Source: Bacteroidales bacterium UBA1195
Lineage (GTDB): Bacteria > Bacteroidota > Bacteroidia > Bacteroidales > WCHB1-69
NCBI GenBank assembly: GCA_002309855.1
Contig: DBYD01000029.1
Coordinates: 10,521-74,520 of the forward strand
Length of the DNA stretch: 64,000 bases
Direction of reading: 5' to 3'
Positions within the stretch are counted from its first letter, which is position 1. Every line of letters starts with the position of its first letter. This document shows, in pieces, positions 1 to 10,965 of the stretch. The translations under genes were made by a program, and so were the position numbers. Under the pieces are notes generated by a model. The model searched no databases. It saw nothing but the letters and a program-made list of their open reading frames with translations, and had not been told where the DNA came from.

Positions 1-2684
1 CGGAAACGGTGAAGCCGGAGGATGTGAAACCGGAAGAGCCGGTGAAGCCAGAAGAGCCGGCAGAGGTGCTGTCCGCACCGGTTGAAACGTCGGAGCCGGT
101 GGTTGAGAAGACACCTGACGCGCCTGTGAAGCCGGAGCCGGTTGCGGTGCAACCGGACGAGCCCGGGCAGACAGTTGTATCGGAACCTGAGTCTGAGTCT
201 GAGCATGAGCCTGAACCTGAACCTGAACAGACGGAAGAGCCGGCAACCCATTCCGAACCGGAACCGGAAGAACCGGAAACCCCCAAGGTGGAGGTCTTCT
301 CATTGGCCAAGAATGTGGCACGTCCGGCGTTGAAGACCATCGGCCATATCAATCTGGATGAGTTGAACCAGAGCACCAAGCCAAAACGGAAGAGCCAGGA
401 GGAGCGCAGAAGGGAGCGCGATCAGAAGAAACGGAAACAGAAGGAAAAGGAGCAGAAGGCGCAAAAAACTCAGAAGGAGCAGAAAAAGATAGAGAACAAG
501 CCGGAGACTCCGGAGGCTCCCAAGGCTGACAACTTCCTCAAGACGGAGTACACCCGGTTGGCCGGCACCAAGGTGATTTCCCATATAGATCTGGATGCCA
601 CCAAGTCAAAACGGGACAAGTCGGACGGCTCATCGGCTTCCGATTCGGAGGGCGGCAAGAAAAAACGCAAGCGCATCAAAGCCTCCGCCTATTCCGGCAA
701 TGAGAAATCCACCGCTTCGTTCGGTGAGAAGGAGCGTTCCTCAAGATCCAAGTCCAAGGACAAGAAGGGCAAATACAAGGTCGATTTCACTGACGAGGAG
801 ATTACCGAACAGATCCGCAAGACCTATTCCGGCATGGCGCCTGTGAAGAAAAGCCAGGCCTCGAAGCACCGCAAGGAGAAACGCGAACACATCCAGCACG
901 AGATGATGGAGGAGATGGAACGCAACGAACAGGAGAAGAGCGTGCTGAAGGTGACGGAGTTCATCACCGCCAACGAACTGGCTATAATGATGAACAAACC
1001 TGTCACGGACATTATTTCGGTCTGCATGAGCTTGGGGCTGGCGGTGGCCATCAACCAGCGGCTTTCGGCGGAGACGATATCCCTGCTGGCCGAGAACTAC
1101 GGCTTCACCGTCCAGTTTGTCGGACTGGAGGAGGAGGAGGAGAAGCCGCAGGACCGCGAGGAGGATCTGGTGCCGCGTGCGCCCATCATCACAGTGATGG
1201 GTCATGTGGACCACGGAAAGACCTCCCTGTTGGACTATATCCGCAACACCAACGTGATTCAGGGCGAGGCGGGTGGTATAACACAGCATATCGGCGCCTA
1301 TGAGGTGAAGGTGGGCGACAAGTCCATCACATTCCTCGACACGCCGGGTCATGAGGCGTTCACCGCCATGCGTGCGCGTGGTGCCAGCATCACCGACATC
1401 GTCATCATTGTGATTGCAGCCGATGACCAGATCATGCCGCAGACCGTCGAGGCCATCAACCATGCGCAGGCGGCCGGCGTCCCCATGATTTTCGCCATCA
1501 ACAAGATAGACAAGCCGGGTGCCGATCCGGAGAAGATCCGTGCCGCTTTGGCCAACATGAACATCCTTGTGGAGGAATGGGGAGGCAAGGTCCAGAGCCA
1601 GGACATCTCCGCCAAGAAGGGCACCAATGTGGACCTGCTGCTTGAAAAGGTTCTGATTGAAGCCGAGATGCTCGACCTGAAGGCCAATCCGAAGGCCGAA
1701 CCGACAGGCACTGTCATCGAGTCCTCATTGGACAAGGGGCGCGGATATGTGGCCAAGATTCTGGTGCAGAACGGCACCCTGCGGACGGGCGACATCATCG
1801 CCGCCGGCACCAGCTACGGTAAAATCAGGGCGATGTACAACGAAAAGAACCAGATTGTGAAGGAGGCCGGACCCTCCGTGCCGGTGCTGCTGCTCGGACT
1901 GAACAGCGCACCGCAGGCAGGCGACACCTTCCGCACATATAAGACCGACAAGGAGGCGAGAGCCATTGTCAACAAGCGTTCCCAGCTGCTGCGCGAGCAG
2001 GGGCTGCGCACGCAGAAGCACATCACGCTGGACGAGCTTGGCCGCCGTATAGCCGTGGGCGACTTCCAGGAGCTGAACGTCATTGTAAAGGGCGATGTGG
2101 ACGGCTCCATCGAGGCGTTGTCCGACGAAATCCTGAAACTCTCCACCGCCGATGTTCAGGTGAATGTGATCCACAAGTCGGTGGGTCAGGTGACCGAATC
2201 GGATGTGCTGCTGGCTTCGGCTTCGAACGCAATCATCATCGCCTTCCAGGTGCGCCCCTCTTCAGGTGCCAAGCGGGTGGCGGAGCAGGAGCAGGTGGAC
2301 ATCCGCGTCTATTCCGTCATCTATTCCGCAATCGACGACCTGAAGGCTGCTATCGCCGGAATGAAGGCTCCTGAGGTTAAGGAGCAGGTGGTTGCCAACC
2401 TGGAGGTGAGGGAGACCTTCCGCATTTCGAAGGTGGGTGTCATCGCCGGATGCTATGTGCTGGACGGCAAGATCCAGCGCTCCTCCAAGGTGCGCGTGAT
2501 CCGCGACGGCATCGTGATCCATGACAATGGCCGCCTTGGTTCTCTCAAGCGTTTCAAGGATGACGCCAAGGAGGTGACGGCCGGATTGGAGTGCGGTCTG
2601 AATATTGAAAGTTTCAACGACGTGGTGGTCGGTGACCAGATTGAGGCCTACGAGGAGGTGGAGGTGCCGGCACCGGTCAAATAA
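1..2684 (+). CDS. infB: Translation initiation factor IF-2 (5' partial; the ORF is open to the window edge)
   Basis: There is no in-frame stop upstream of nt 9. GTPase motifs are [22 protein letters not shown] and NKIDK. The long Pro/Glu/Lys-rich N-terminal extension and C-terminal beta-barrel domains are typical of IF-2. Confidence 0.95.
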   Translation, partial: ETVKPEDVKPEEPVKPEEPAEVLSAPVETSEPVVEKTPDAPVKPEPVAVQPDEPGQTVVSEPESESEHEPEPEPEQTEEPATHSEPEPEEPETPKVEVFSLAKNVARPALKTIGHINLDELNQSTKPKRKSQEERRRERDQKKRKQKEKEQKAQKTQKEQKKIENKPETPEAPKADNFLKTEYTRLAGTKVISHIDLDATKSKRDKSDGSSASDSEGGKKKRKRIKASAYSGNEKSTASFGEKERSSRSKSKDKKGKYKVDFTDEEITEQIRKTYSGMAPVKKSQASKHRKEKREHIQHEMMEEMERNEQEKSVLKVTEFITANELAIMMNKPVTDIISVCMSLGLAVAINQRLSAETISLLAENYGFTVQFVGLEEEEEKPQDREEDLVPRAPIITVMGHVDHGKTSLLDYIRNTNVIQGEAGGITQHIGAYEVKVGDKSITFLDTPGHEAFTAMRARGASITDIVIIVIAADDQIMPQTVEAINHAQAAGVPMIFAINKIDKPGADPEKIRAALANMNILVEEWGGKVQSQDISAKKGTNVDLLLEKVLIEAEMLDLKANPKAEPTGTVIESSLDKGRGYVAKILVQNGTLRTGDIIAAGTSYGKIRAMYNEKNQIVKEAGPSVPVLLLGLNSAPQAGDTFRTYKTDKEARAIVNKRSQLLREQGLRTQKHITLDELGRRIAVGDFQELNVIVKGDVDGSIEALSDEILKLSTADVQVNVIHKSVGQVTESDVLLASASNAIIIAFQVRPSSGAKRVAEQEQVDIRVYSVIYSAIDDLKAAIAGMKAPEVKEQVVANLEVRETFRISKVGVIAGCYVLDGKIQRSSKVRVIRDGIVIHDNGRLGSLKRFKDDAKEVTAGLECGLNIESFNDVVVGDQIEAYEEVEVPAPVK

Positions 2685-2690
2685 AAGAAT

Positions 2691-4745
2691 GTGAGCATGT
2701 ATACAGAATCCAAATACAAACGCTATACTGTAACCACAGCCCTTCCCTATGCCAACGGGCCGGTGCATATCGGGCATCTGGCCGGGGTTTATGTGCCCGC
2801 CGACATCTATGTCCGCTATCTGCGGGCGATGGGGCAGGATGTCCTGTTTATCGGAGGCTCGGACGAGCACGGCGTGCCAATCACCATCAAGGCGCGCAAG
2901 GAGGGCTGCACCCCACAGGACATTGTGGACCGTTACCACAGTATAATCAAGGAATCATTTGCTGAACTTGGCATCTCGTTCGACATTTACAGCCGTACAA
3001 GCTGCAAGGAGCATCACGAGACGGCCGCCGCCTATTTCAAGAGGCTTTATGAGGCGGGAAAGTTCATTGAAAAGAGCTCCCTGCAATATTATGACGAGGA
3101 GGCGCACCAGTTCCTGGCCGACCGCTACATCACAGGCACCTGCCCCCACTGCGGCAACGAAAACGCCTATGGCGACCAGTGCGAGGCATGCGGAACATCA
3201 TTGAATCCGACCGACCTGATCAACCCGAAATCGGCCTTGAGCGGCTCGCAGCCGGTGATGAGGGAGACCAGACACTGGTTCCTGCCGTTGGACAAGGATG
3301 AGCCGTGGCTGCGCCAATGGATTCTCGAAGGTCACAAGGATTGGAAAACCAACGTGTACGGCCAGTGCAAATCCTGGATTGACGCCGGTCTGCAGCCCCG
3401 TGCGGTCACACGTGACCTCGACTGGGGTGTGAAGGTTCCGATTGAAGGCGCGGACGGCAAGGTGCTTTACGTCTGGTTCGACGCGCCGATCGGATACATC
3501 AGCTTTACAAGGCAGCTGAAGGGCGACGATTGGGAGAAATGGTGGAAGGATCAGGAGACCAAGTTGGTGCATTTCATCGGCAAGGACAACATTGTCTTCC
3601 ATTGCATCATTTTCCCTTCGATGCTCCATGCCGACGGCAGCTATATCCTGCCGGCCAATGTGCCTGCCAACGAGTTCCTTAATCTGGAAGGGGACAAGAT
3701 TTCCACTTCGAGAAACTGGGCGGTCTGGCTGCACGAATACCTGAAGGATTTCCCCGGCAAGCAGGATGTGCTGCGCTACGTGTTATGCAGCAACGCGCCG
3801 GAGACCAAGGACAACGATTTCACCTGGAAGGATTTCCAACTTAAGAACAACAGCGAGCTGGTGGCCATTTTCGGCAATTTTGTCCATCGCACCATGGTAC
3901 TGACGCATAAGTATAATGGCGGAAAAGTCCCGGCAGCAGGCCATACCGGCGAACTGGAGCTGCAGCTGGTGAAGGAGATGGAGAGCTTCCCGGAGCGCAT
4001 CGGACGCGCCATCGAGACATACCATTTCCGCGATGCGTTGGCCGAAATGATGAACCTGGCCCGTCTGGGCAACAAATACCTGACCGAGACGGAGCCGTGG
4101 AAAAGGATAAAGGAGAATCCCGATGAGGCGATGACGGCGTTGCACTATTCGCTGCAGATTTGCGCAAACCTTGCGATTCTTTGCCGTCCTTTCCTCCCGT
4201 TCACGGCGGAAAAGCTGTCCCGGATGCTGCATCTGGAGGCGGCGGACTGGCAGGCTGCCGGAAGTGCGCGGCTGCTGCCTGAGGGCGGGCTGCTGGAGAC
4301 ACCCGAACTGCTGTTCGAAAAGGTTGAGGACACGGCCATTGACGCCCAAATGCAACGGTTGGCCGACACAAAGCTTGCGAACGAACAGCAGGCATGGAAG
4401 CCTGAACCATATAAGGATAAAGTGAGTTTCGAAGATTTCCAGAAGGTGGACATCAGGGTCGGCACGGTGCTGGAATGCACCAAAGTGCCCAAGGCTGACA
4501 AGCTTCTGCAATTCCTCATTGATGATGGGGACAAGCGCCGCACCATCGTTTCGGGCATCGCCCAGTCCTATCCCGAACCGGAAAAGCTGGTTGGCCTGCA
4601 GGTCTGTTTCATCGCCAACTTCGAGCCGCGCAAGCTCAAGGGGGTGGTCAGTGAAGGCATGCTGCTTTCAGCCGCCGACAAGGACGGCAGGCTGGTGCTG
4701 CTTACAACCCAATCACCTGTAACTGCCGGCGTCAGTGTCGGATAA
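2691..4745 (+). CDS. metG: Methionine--tRNA ligase with a C-terminal tRNA-binding (Trbp111/EMAP-like) domain
   Basis: HIGH-type motif [15 protein letters not shown]-type motif KISTSRN and zinc knuckle CPHCG..CEACG. The C-terminal segment [17 protein letters not shown]...KLLQ is typical of the appended tRNA-binding domain. An alternative start is at 2697. Confidence 0.95.
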   Translation: MSMYTESKYKRYTVTTALPYANGPVHIGHLAGVYVPADIYVRYLRAMGQDVLFIGGSDEHGVPITIKARKEGCTPQDIVDRYHSIIKESFAELGISFDIYSRTSCKEHHETAAAYFKRLYEAGKFIEKSSLQYYDEEAHQFLADRYITGTCPHCGNENAYGDQCEACGTSLNPTDLINPKSALSGSQPVMRETRHWFLPLDKDEPWLRQWILEGHKDWKTNVYGQCKSWIDAGLQPRAVTRDLDWGVKVPIEGADGKVLYVWFDAPIGYISFTRQLKGDDWEKWWKDQETKLVHFIGKDNIVFHCIIFPSMLHADGSYILPANVPANEFLNLEGDKISTSRNWAVWLHEYLKDFPGKQDVLRYVLCSNAPETKDNDFTWKDFQLKNNSELVAIFGNFVHRTMVLTHKYNGGKVPAAGHTGELELQLVKEMESFPERIGRAIETYHFRDALAEMMNLARLGNKYLTETEPWKRIKENPDEAMTALHYSLQICANLAILCRPFLPFTAEKLSRMLHLEAADWQAAGSARLLPEGGLLETPELLFEKVEDTAIDAQMQRLADTKLANEQQAWKPEPYKDKVSFEDFQKVDIRVGTVLECTKVPKADKLLQFLIDDGDKRRTIVSGIAQSYPEPEKLVGLQVCFIANFEPRKLKGVVSEGMLLSAADKDGRLVLLTTQSPVTAGVSVG

Positions 4746-4760
4746 CGGTAACTAAGAGGC

Positions 4761-5195
4761 GTGATGGAGGAGGATGTTTTTGAAGAATACCGGCAGATTT
4801 TTTACGATTATCTGGAAAAAAAAGGTTTGAGCCGTACTTCGGAACGTTTTGCCGTCCTGCGCGAAGCATGCAGATGCGGCGGACATTTTGATGTGGAGGC
4901 GCTGCATGCCGGACTGAAGCAGAAAAAATATCAGGTGAGCCGTACAACATTGTACCACACGCTGGAACTGATGGAGGATTGCGGACTCGTGCGCAAGCTC
5001 CGGTTCAATACCGGCGCAGCGGTGTATGAGTGCTCATTCCGGAGAGCGCCGCATGACCACATACTGCTCTCTGATGGCAAAGGCTGCATCGAATTTTCCG
5101 ATCCGCGCATTGATGATATTATCCGTTCGTTGGAGGAGGAGCACCATGTCCGTATCAAGGGGCGTACCATAATCTTCTACGCGGAGACGGTGTGA
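4761..5195 (+). CDS. Fur-family transcriptional regulator
   Basis: Winged-helix segment VSRTTLYHTLELMEDCGLVRKL followed by the HDH metal-site motif (APHDHILL). Its size of about 143 aa fits the family. The likely ATG is at 4764. No CxxC structural-Zn pairs are visible. Confidence 0.8.
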   Translation: MMEEDVFEEYRQIFYDYLEKKGLSRTSERFAVLREACRCGGHFDVEALHAGLKQKKYQVSRTTLYHTLELMEDCGLVRKLRFNTGAAVYECSFRRAPHDHILLSDGKGCIEFSDPRIDDIIRSLEEEHHVRIKGRTIIFYAETV

Positions 5196-5242
5196 GGGCC
5201 TGAATTTTTTGTGACAGAAACATTCATTAATACTGGATAAAT

Positions 5243-8200
5243 ATGAAACGTTTGTGTATTTTATTGTGTGCAGTGCTGCTGTCAGGCGGTACCATGGCGC
5301 AGGACACCTGGCAAAAGGCTGTCCGGCTACAGAACGGCGTGTGGCCAAAGCAGGATTCTGTGGCGAAAAACATTAGGGATGACTATTATTACCGTCTGGA
5401 CATCAAGGGGGAATCATATCTTGATATAGAGATGGCGCTCATTTCTATGGCAGGAGGCAGCAGCTCATTCATCGACATGAGTTTCTACCGGCTTAATGCG
5501 GACAGCACACTCGAGAAAATATGGATGTCCGGCGGGTCAAGCAGTGACAGGGCGTTCGGAAGCAGGGTAGGGGACACGCTGCGCTGGCGTTTCACCAAGC
5601 GTTCCGACGGCACATATTTCCTGCGTGTGAACAGGGCAAGCACAGCTGCATCCTCATTCAAGGTGCGTTATCTTTGGGACGGTGGAGCCGGTTATCCGAA
5701 CGATCCGGAACCTAATAACGACTATTTCCATGCTGTTGAAATCAAAAACGGTGTCACCGCATACGGACATATCGGGTTTGAAAACCATGACTCCTCCACC
5801 CAGGATTTTTACGACTGCTATAAGTTCACTGTCAGGAATGACTGCGATGTGAAGTTGGAGTTCCACATCACGCCATGCCCCGGCACAAATGGGGACAACA
5901 TACGTCTTGACATGGACGGCTGGCAGTTCCTGTATGGTGACAGCACTTTCAGCAACGTGTTCATCGGAGGATGGAGGAATGACAACAATTATGGTGTGTT
6001 TGACACTGTGAAACGGGTGCGGTTCAAGGGCTTGTCGGCAGGCACCTATTACTTCCGCATCTACCCTTACGTCGGTTTTGGCTATTACAATCTGAAGCTG
6101 ACTGTTGACGAATACAATGTGCCGGATGATCCGGAGGAGAACGACAACTACCTGCAGGCCGTTCCGCTGGTACCGGGCAAGACAACATACGGCCATGTCG
6201 GATTTTTCGACAAGGACCGTTTGCAGCATGACTATTACGACTGCTATAAGTTTACTGTAGAGAAGGACTGTGACGTGCGTCTGCTTGCCAATATCCGGCC
6301 AAAGGGCGAAGGGGATTGCCGCTTTGAAATGGACGGTTGGCAGATACGTTACGGTGACAGCATTTTCGGCAACACTCCTGTTGGCGGATGGAGGAATGAC
6401 AACAATTATGGTGTGTTCGACACGGTAAAGCAGTACCGTTACATGGGACTTTCGGCAGGTACCTATTATTTCCGTGTGAGCCCCTCCGTGGGACTATGCA
6501 CGTATGATTTGAAGTTGGATACATTCAATTACGGCGAGCCGTCCGATGCTGAACCGAATGACGAGTTCATACAGGCACTGCCGGTGAAACCGGGTGACAC
6601 CATGTACGGCCATGCCGGTTTCTATGACCAGACCCGGATGGAGTATGACTATAATGACGCATATAAGCTTACAGTGGATAAGGACTGTAATATCAGTGCG
6701 GTCTTCAATATCAGACACAAGGGGGAGGGGGACTGCCGTTTCGATTGGAGCTCCTTACATTATATGATGCCGGACAGTTCGTTTGTATATTATCGCGGAC
6801 TGAACGGCGACTACCAGTCGGTGTGGGACACTCTCAAGCGTGCCCGGTCGATGGGTGTTGGCAAGGGAACCTATTTTTTCCGGATAACACCGTCCGTAGG
6901 TATCGCCACATATGATTTCAATATTAGTTTGGAATATCCTGAAATAGGCAGCGATGCCGAACCGAACGACACCTGGGCGCAGGCAACCGCCTTGCGGGAG
7001 GGGGACACCGCTTTCGGCCATATCGGATATGACGGTGCCATGGACAGCACTGGCTACTATCAGGATATGGAGGACTGGTACATTGTGACGCTGCCTTCAA
7101 ACGGCTCCATCAATGTCTTGTCCCAGTGCTATCCCGGAAGCGGCCATGGCAGTGTGCTGGATGACAAGTTGGGACTCTATTTCAAGCTTTATCAGGTGGA
7201 TGAGGGTGTAGTTGATGAAATAGGCTCATTGTCCGGACCATCCACTTGGGAAAAGGTGGACACGATGACCTATAATTGGAAAACAACTTTGGGCAAGGGC
7301 ACCTATTTCCTACAGGTTTCCCCAAGGGGAGGTTACGGCCAGTACAAGTTCGTGTATGAAACCCGTCCTGCACCTGTAGCCGATTTTGATTTTGTGCAGC
7401 GCATTAACGACAAGGGGCAGACCGAAGTATGCTTCATCAACAGGACAACTGGCAATGCGACCAAATATTACTGGAAATATGACGGGAGCAGTTGGAACTA
7501 CACCTACAATGCTAACCCAACCGTGGTGTATTCCACATCCGGTGTGCGTGAGGTAATGCTGATCGCCTACGGTACTGAGGGTAACGACACTGTTGTCAAA
7601 TATGTGGAGGTTAACGGCCTGCAGCGTGTGGAGTCTCCGAAGGCAGGCCAGGGGGATGTCACGCTGAAATTCTATGCCGGCGGTATTCAGAAAAAAGACA
7701 CCTTCCTTCTGGAAAAGGGCGGTATGGAATATGCAGGCACACTGCTGCGCGAAGTGAGGAAGGGGTGTGTTGAGCTGCGTTTCCATCTGCATGCCGCCCC
7801 TGTGGGGAAATACTCCGCCATTATCCGCCACAGCAATGGCAGCGAAATGCGTTTGGATAACGCCTTTGAACTTGAGGCCGCTGTGGAGCCGGAAATATAT
7901 GTTGATCTGCTTGGCTTGGACAAAATGCTGTATAACCGTTGGCAGGATTATACTGCCGTCATCGGCAACAAGGGCAATGTGGATGCCTATAACCGGACAT
8001 TGTGGATTGTCACGCCGCACGATTCTAACTGCCACATCCAGCTGCGCAACGTCTCCTTCATTATGCCAAAGGGTGACACCTTGCAGTGGGTGAAGGATAT
8101 CCCGCCATATCTGATATACGACAGCCTGGAACCCGGCGGCGGCCCGGTCCGCGTTTATCCGCTGATGTTCTCCGTGATTCCTGCGGGCAGCGAAGTTGAG

Positions 8201-9769
8201 GTTCATTTCCGCATGGCATCGGACAAGAGCGAGCGCATAGGGGTGTTCACTACCGATCCGTTCGTGACCGAAAGCCTGCTGAAGGATTACGACAGCTACG
8301 AAAGCTGTGTGGCCTGGACTATTGCCAAATATGTGGCCGAAAAGGCGGTGGGCTTCCTGTTGGATGAGATTCCCGGTGCAGGTTGTGTGAAGGATGTGAT
8401 CAAGTTCACCTACCAGACAACCGAATCCACGGTGGAGGGCAACATACAGGCTGGCAGCCTGGCCTGGAGCGTGGTCACCACAGCATGGAGCTGCGCCAAG
8501 GATTTTGTCGGGCCGCTCAAAGCCTACAAGATGACCTGCGACATAATTGACCTGATGATTGACATCGCCGACAATTACAGTGCCGACAAGGATTGTCAGA
8601 AGTACAAGAAGAAGAACGGCAAGAACAAGAATGTGCGGGCCGTCTCCTCAATGGATCCGAATGAAATCAGCGGTCCTGCCGGTTTTGGCGAATATAATGA
8701 TGTCTGCAAGCAGGATTTCTCCTATACCATCATGTTTGAGAACAAGGCTTCCGCCAGCGCACCGGCGCAGGAGGTGGTGGTCACCGACACGCTTGACCGG
8801 ACTAAGTTCGATTTTTCCGGCATCCGTTTCAATTCGTTCAGCATCGGGGATTCCATATATACGGTACAGCAGTCTGGGCTGGCTTTCGCCACCGAACTGG
8901 ACTGGGATTCCGTAATCGTACGCATATCCGGACGTATGGACACGGTTTCGGGTGTTGTCTCCTGGCAGTTTGTGACTCTGGACAAAAATAACCGTGGGCA
9001 GGTTTCCGACCCCGATGACGGTTTCCTTAAGCCGAACAAAAATGCTCCCGAGGGAGAGGGCTCCGTCAGTTTCACCATCCCGTTGAAGGCTCATGTGAAG
9101 GACGGGGATGTTGTTGAAAACCGTGCGGTGATTGTTTTTGATGCCAATGCGCCCATCAGCACCAACATTTACAGCAACCGCATTGATGAGAACAGACCGT
9201 CAAGCGCCATTGCCCGCGTGGCGGAGGCGGAAGGCGGGAAAGATGAATACACCCTTTATTTCTCTGGGAGTGATAACGGCAGCGGTGTCTTTTTCTACAG
9301 CCTGTCGGTGTCGGTGAACGGCGGGGACACTCAGTTGCTTTCGGGGCACATCACGGGTGACAGCTACACGATGCCGTTGCATAAGGATTCCGTATACCGC
9401 TTTTTCCTGCTGGCCACCGACAGCCTTTTCCATCAGGAGGAGGTGAAAAGTGCGCCTGACCTGGTGCTAAATGGCGACGGTATTGCCTGCTTTGATGAGG
9501 ACAATGCAAATACGCCGTTGCGTATGCGGCTGAATCCGAATCCTGCACGGCAGCGGACCAATATCACATTTGCTGTCCGTGCAGCCGGTGAAACCTGTGT
9601 GGAAATCTATAATATGCTTGGTGTCCGTGTTGCGGAGAGGAATTTGGGCTATCGTGAGGCAGGGATGCATCAGGAGGTTCTGGATTTGTCCGCACTTCCT
9701 CAAGGTCTTTATGCGGTGCGTCTGCGCTGCGGGCAGCATGTGTGCAACGGAAAGGTGGCGGTGCGGTAG
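5243..9769 (+). CDS. Secreted T9SS cargo protein with tandem PPC (pre-peptidase C-terminal)-like modules, a PKD-like domain and a type-A T9SS C-terminal domain
   Basis: N-terminal signal peptide MKRLCILLCAVLLSGGTMAQ. Repeated (D/S)(P/A)EPN(N)D...A..(I/L/V)..G....GH(I/V/A)GF...D.YD.YK(F/L)TV..DC modules. PKD-like segment PVADFDF...GVREVMLIAYG. C-terminal sorting domain LNPNPARQRTNITF...GLYAVRLRCG...KVAVR. Confidence 0.8.
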   Translation: MKRLCILLCAVLLSGGTMAQDTWQKAVRLQNGVWPKQDSVAKNIRDDYYYRLDIKGESYLDIEMALISMAGGSSSFIDMSFYRLNADSTLEKIWMSGGSSSDRAFGSRVGDTLRWRFTKRSDGTYFLRVNRASTAASSFKVRYLWDGGAGYPNDPEPNNDYFHAVEIKNGVTAYGHIGFENHDSSTQDFYDCYKFTVRNDCDVKLEFHITPCPGTNGDNIRLDMDGWQFLYGDSTFSNVFIGGWRNDNNYGVFDTVKRVRFKGLSAGTYYFRIYPYVGFGYYNLKLTVDEYNVPDDPEENDNYLQAVPLVPGKTTYGHVGFFDKDRLQHDYYDCYKFTVEKDCDVRLLANIRPKGEGDCRFEMDGWQIRYGDSIFGNTPVGGWRNDNNYGVFDTVKQYRYMGLSAGTYYFRVSPSVGLCTYDLKLDTFNYGEPSDAEPNDEFIQALPVKPGDTMYGHAGFYDQTRMEYDYNDAYKLTVDKDCNISAVFNIRHKGEGDCRFDWSSLHYMMPDSSFVYYRGLNGDYQSVWDTLKRARSMGVGKGTYFFRITPSVGIATYDFNISLEYPEIGSDAEPNDTWAQATALREGDTAFGHIGYDGAMDSTGYYQDMEDWYIVTLPSNGSINVLSQCYPGSGHGSVLDDKLGLYFKLYQVDEGVVDEIGSLSGPSTWEKVDTMTYNWKTTLGKGTYFLQVSPRGGYGQYKFVYETRPAPVADFDFVQRINDKGQTEVCFINRTTGNATKYYWKYDGSSWNYTYNANPTVVYSTSGVREVMLIAYGTEGNDTVVKYVEVNGLQRVESPKAGQGDVTLKFYAGGIQKKDTFLLEKGGMEYAGTLLREVRKGCVELRFHLHAAPVGKYSAIIRHSNGSEMRLDNAFELEAAVEPEIYVDLLGLDKMLYNRWQDYTAVIGNKGNVDAYNRTLWIVTPHDSNCHIQLRNVSFIMPKGDTLQWVKDIPPYLIYDSLEPGGGPVRVYPLMFSVIPAGSEVEVHFRMASDKSERIGVFTTDPFVTESLLKDYDSYESCVAWTIAKYVAEKAVGFLLDEIPGAGCVKDVIKFTYQTTESTVEGNIQAGSLAWSVVTTAWSCAKDFVGPLKAYKMTCDIIDLMIDIADNYSADKDCQKYKKKNGKNKNVRAVSSMDPNEISGPAGFGEYNDVCKQDFSYTIMFENKASASAPAQEVVVTDTLDRTKFDFSGIRFNSFSIGDSIYTVQQSGLAFATELDWDSVIVRISGRMDTVSGVVSWQFVTLDKNNRGQVSDPDDGFLKPNKNAPEGEGSVSFTIPLKAHVKDGDVVENRAVIVFDANAPISTNIYSNRIDENRPSSAIARVAEAEGGKDEYTLYFSGSDNGSGVFFYSLSVSVNGGDTQLLSGHITGDSYTMPLHKDSVYRFFLLATDSLFHQEEVKSAPDLVLNGDGIACFDEDNANTPLRMRLNPNPARQRTNITFAVRAAGETCVEIYNMLGVRVAERNLGYREAGMHQEVLDLSALPQGLYAVRLRCGQHVCNGKVAVR
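5702..7358 (+). repeat. Four tandem protein-coding modules of about 135-140 aa (PPC-like), preceded by a more degenerate fifth copy at about 5330-5700
   Basis: Module starts recur at DPEPNNDYFHAVEI, DPEENDNYLQAVPL, DAEPNDEFIQALPV and DAEPNDTWAQATAL. Each module ends in G(T)YYFR(I/V).P..G...Y.(L/F). Confidence 0.7.
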
Positions 9770-9780
9770 CTCCGCCGCCT

Positions 9781-10965
9781 TCACTCCTTTTCCAGTTTCT
9801 GGTAAGTTTTGAGCCAGCGTTCGGGCAGTTCGTCCAAACAGGCGGTTTCGTAATCCTCTTTGGAGCAGGGGATCAGATACATGCGTTCATACTTGGATTT
9901 TTTGTCCGCACAAGGCACCTCCATCCACCAAAGATGGCTGATTTTGCTTTCGTAAAAGCGGATCTGGTACAGTCGCTGCTGGATCTCCACAATGTATTCG
10001 GTGAAATTTTCGCGCATCAGGTCTGGCAGGTCATCACGCCGCAGGCTGAAACCGTCCAGAAAATACCAGAGCATCTCGGCGATAAGGCGTGCGCTCTGTC
10101 CGGCGATGTCGCAGCCGGGATTGTATTCGTAAACACCGAATGAGCTGACACGGGATGAGGCGCCTGCAAAGCGTGAAAGCATACATATCTCCTTTCCTGT
10201 CAATCCGTTGGGGGAGGCATGGCGGCAACCGGGCGCATCTGCGAAGCGTACAGCGGCCATGTCCACGCTAACGATGCCGGCTTCGCGGATCAGCGGTTCG
10301 CATTTCAGAATGTCCTCCTGAACGATGCCCAGACGGCAGGTGTCGAAACGCAGTTTTTCCATCAGGGCGACATCATCCGGGCTCACGAAGTAACTCTGGT
10401 ATCCGATATTGCTGTAATTGAACAGGTAACTTGGCTGTCGCAGGATAATTTTATGGAAAAAGGCATTGGATTCCTGCTCGGAAAGTTTGGCGCCGATGTC
10501 AAAACAAGGGTCAATGGCAGTGATGTTCACAACCTCCTGCCGCTGCTCGTAGGCCAGATAGTTGGCGTATGTCAGATCCTGGCTCCCGCCCAGAATAACA
10601 GGAACAATCCCTGCATCAAGAAGCTGTCCCAGCAGGTCGGCAAGGGCATGGTAGGTGTCCTCGCATTCCCTGCCCACACGAAGGTTGCCGAGATCGGCGG
10701 TTTCCGGCATGTCCGGCATACGGAAAAGTTGGTAGAACTGTTTGCGGATTTCGTCCGGAGCCATGGAGCAGCCCACGTTGTCATAGGCGTTACGCTCCTC
10801 CGGCACACCGATGACTGCAATCCGTACATTGTCCAGGTACGGCAGACCCTTCTCCGCAGTATGGATGTGCAGGCGGCTTCCGATCCGGTTCTTGTCGGCG
10901 GAGCGGGCGAAAAATTCCAGATCATCCGGCGAAAGCGGTTCCAGATAGTTCTCCAAATTTTCCAT
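9781..10965 (-). CDS. Arginase/formimidoylglutamase-fold (ureohydrolase family) protein, possibly with degenerate metal ligands
   Basis: Family-like layout: IAVIGVPEERN, VPVILGGSQDLTY, NITAIDPCFD, GIVSVDMAAVRFADAPG. The canonical GGDHS / DAHxD / SxDxD positions appear partly substituted in a by-eye alignment. Confidence 0.7.
   Translation of the reverse strand: MENLENYLEPLSPDDLEFFARSADKNRIGSRLHIHTAEKGLPYLDNVRIAVIGVPEERNAYDNVGCSMAPDEIRKQFYQLFRMPDMPETADLGNLRVGRECEDTYHALADLLGQLLDAGIVPVILGGSQDLTYANYLAYEQRQEVVNITAIDPCFDIGAKLSEQESNAFFHKIILRQPSYLFNYSNIGYQSYFVSPDDVALMEKLRFDTCRLGIVQEDILKCEPLIREAGIVSVDMAAVRFADAPGCRHASPNGLTGKEICMLSRFAGASSRVSSFGVYEYNPGCDIAGQSARLIAEMLWYFLDGFSLRRDDLPDLMRENFTEYIVEIQQRLYQIRFYESKISHLWWMEVPCADKKSKYERMYLIPCSKEDYETACLDELPERWLKTYQKLEKE

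Noticed and set aside
9-340. Pro/Glu-rich tandem-like repeats ([16 protein letters not shown]) at the start of the window.
   Set aside because: This is the ordinary low-complexity N-terminal region of IF-2. Compositional bias is typical of this domain, so it is not a separate feature.
741-1463. A 240-aa minus-strand ORF and other antisense ORFs within infB, metG, topA and the M16 peptidase gene (e.g. 3783..4511, 12435..12938, 17891..18742).
   Set aside because: They are antisense to well-supported conserved genes, their translations are low-complexity, and they have no independent support.
5196-5242. A possible Fur box between the Fur-family gene and the PPC-repeat gene.
   Set aside because: The 47-nt spacer shows no convincing 19-bp AT-rich palindrome by eye. 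It cannot be supported without a position-weight-matrix scan.
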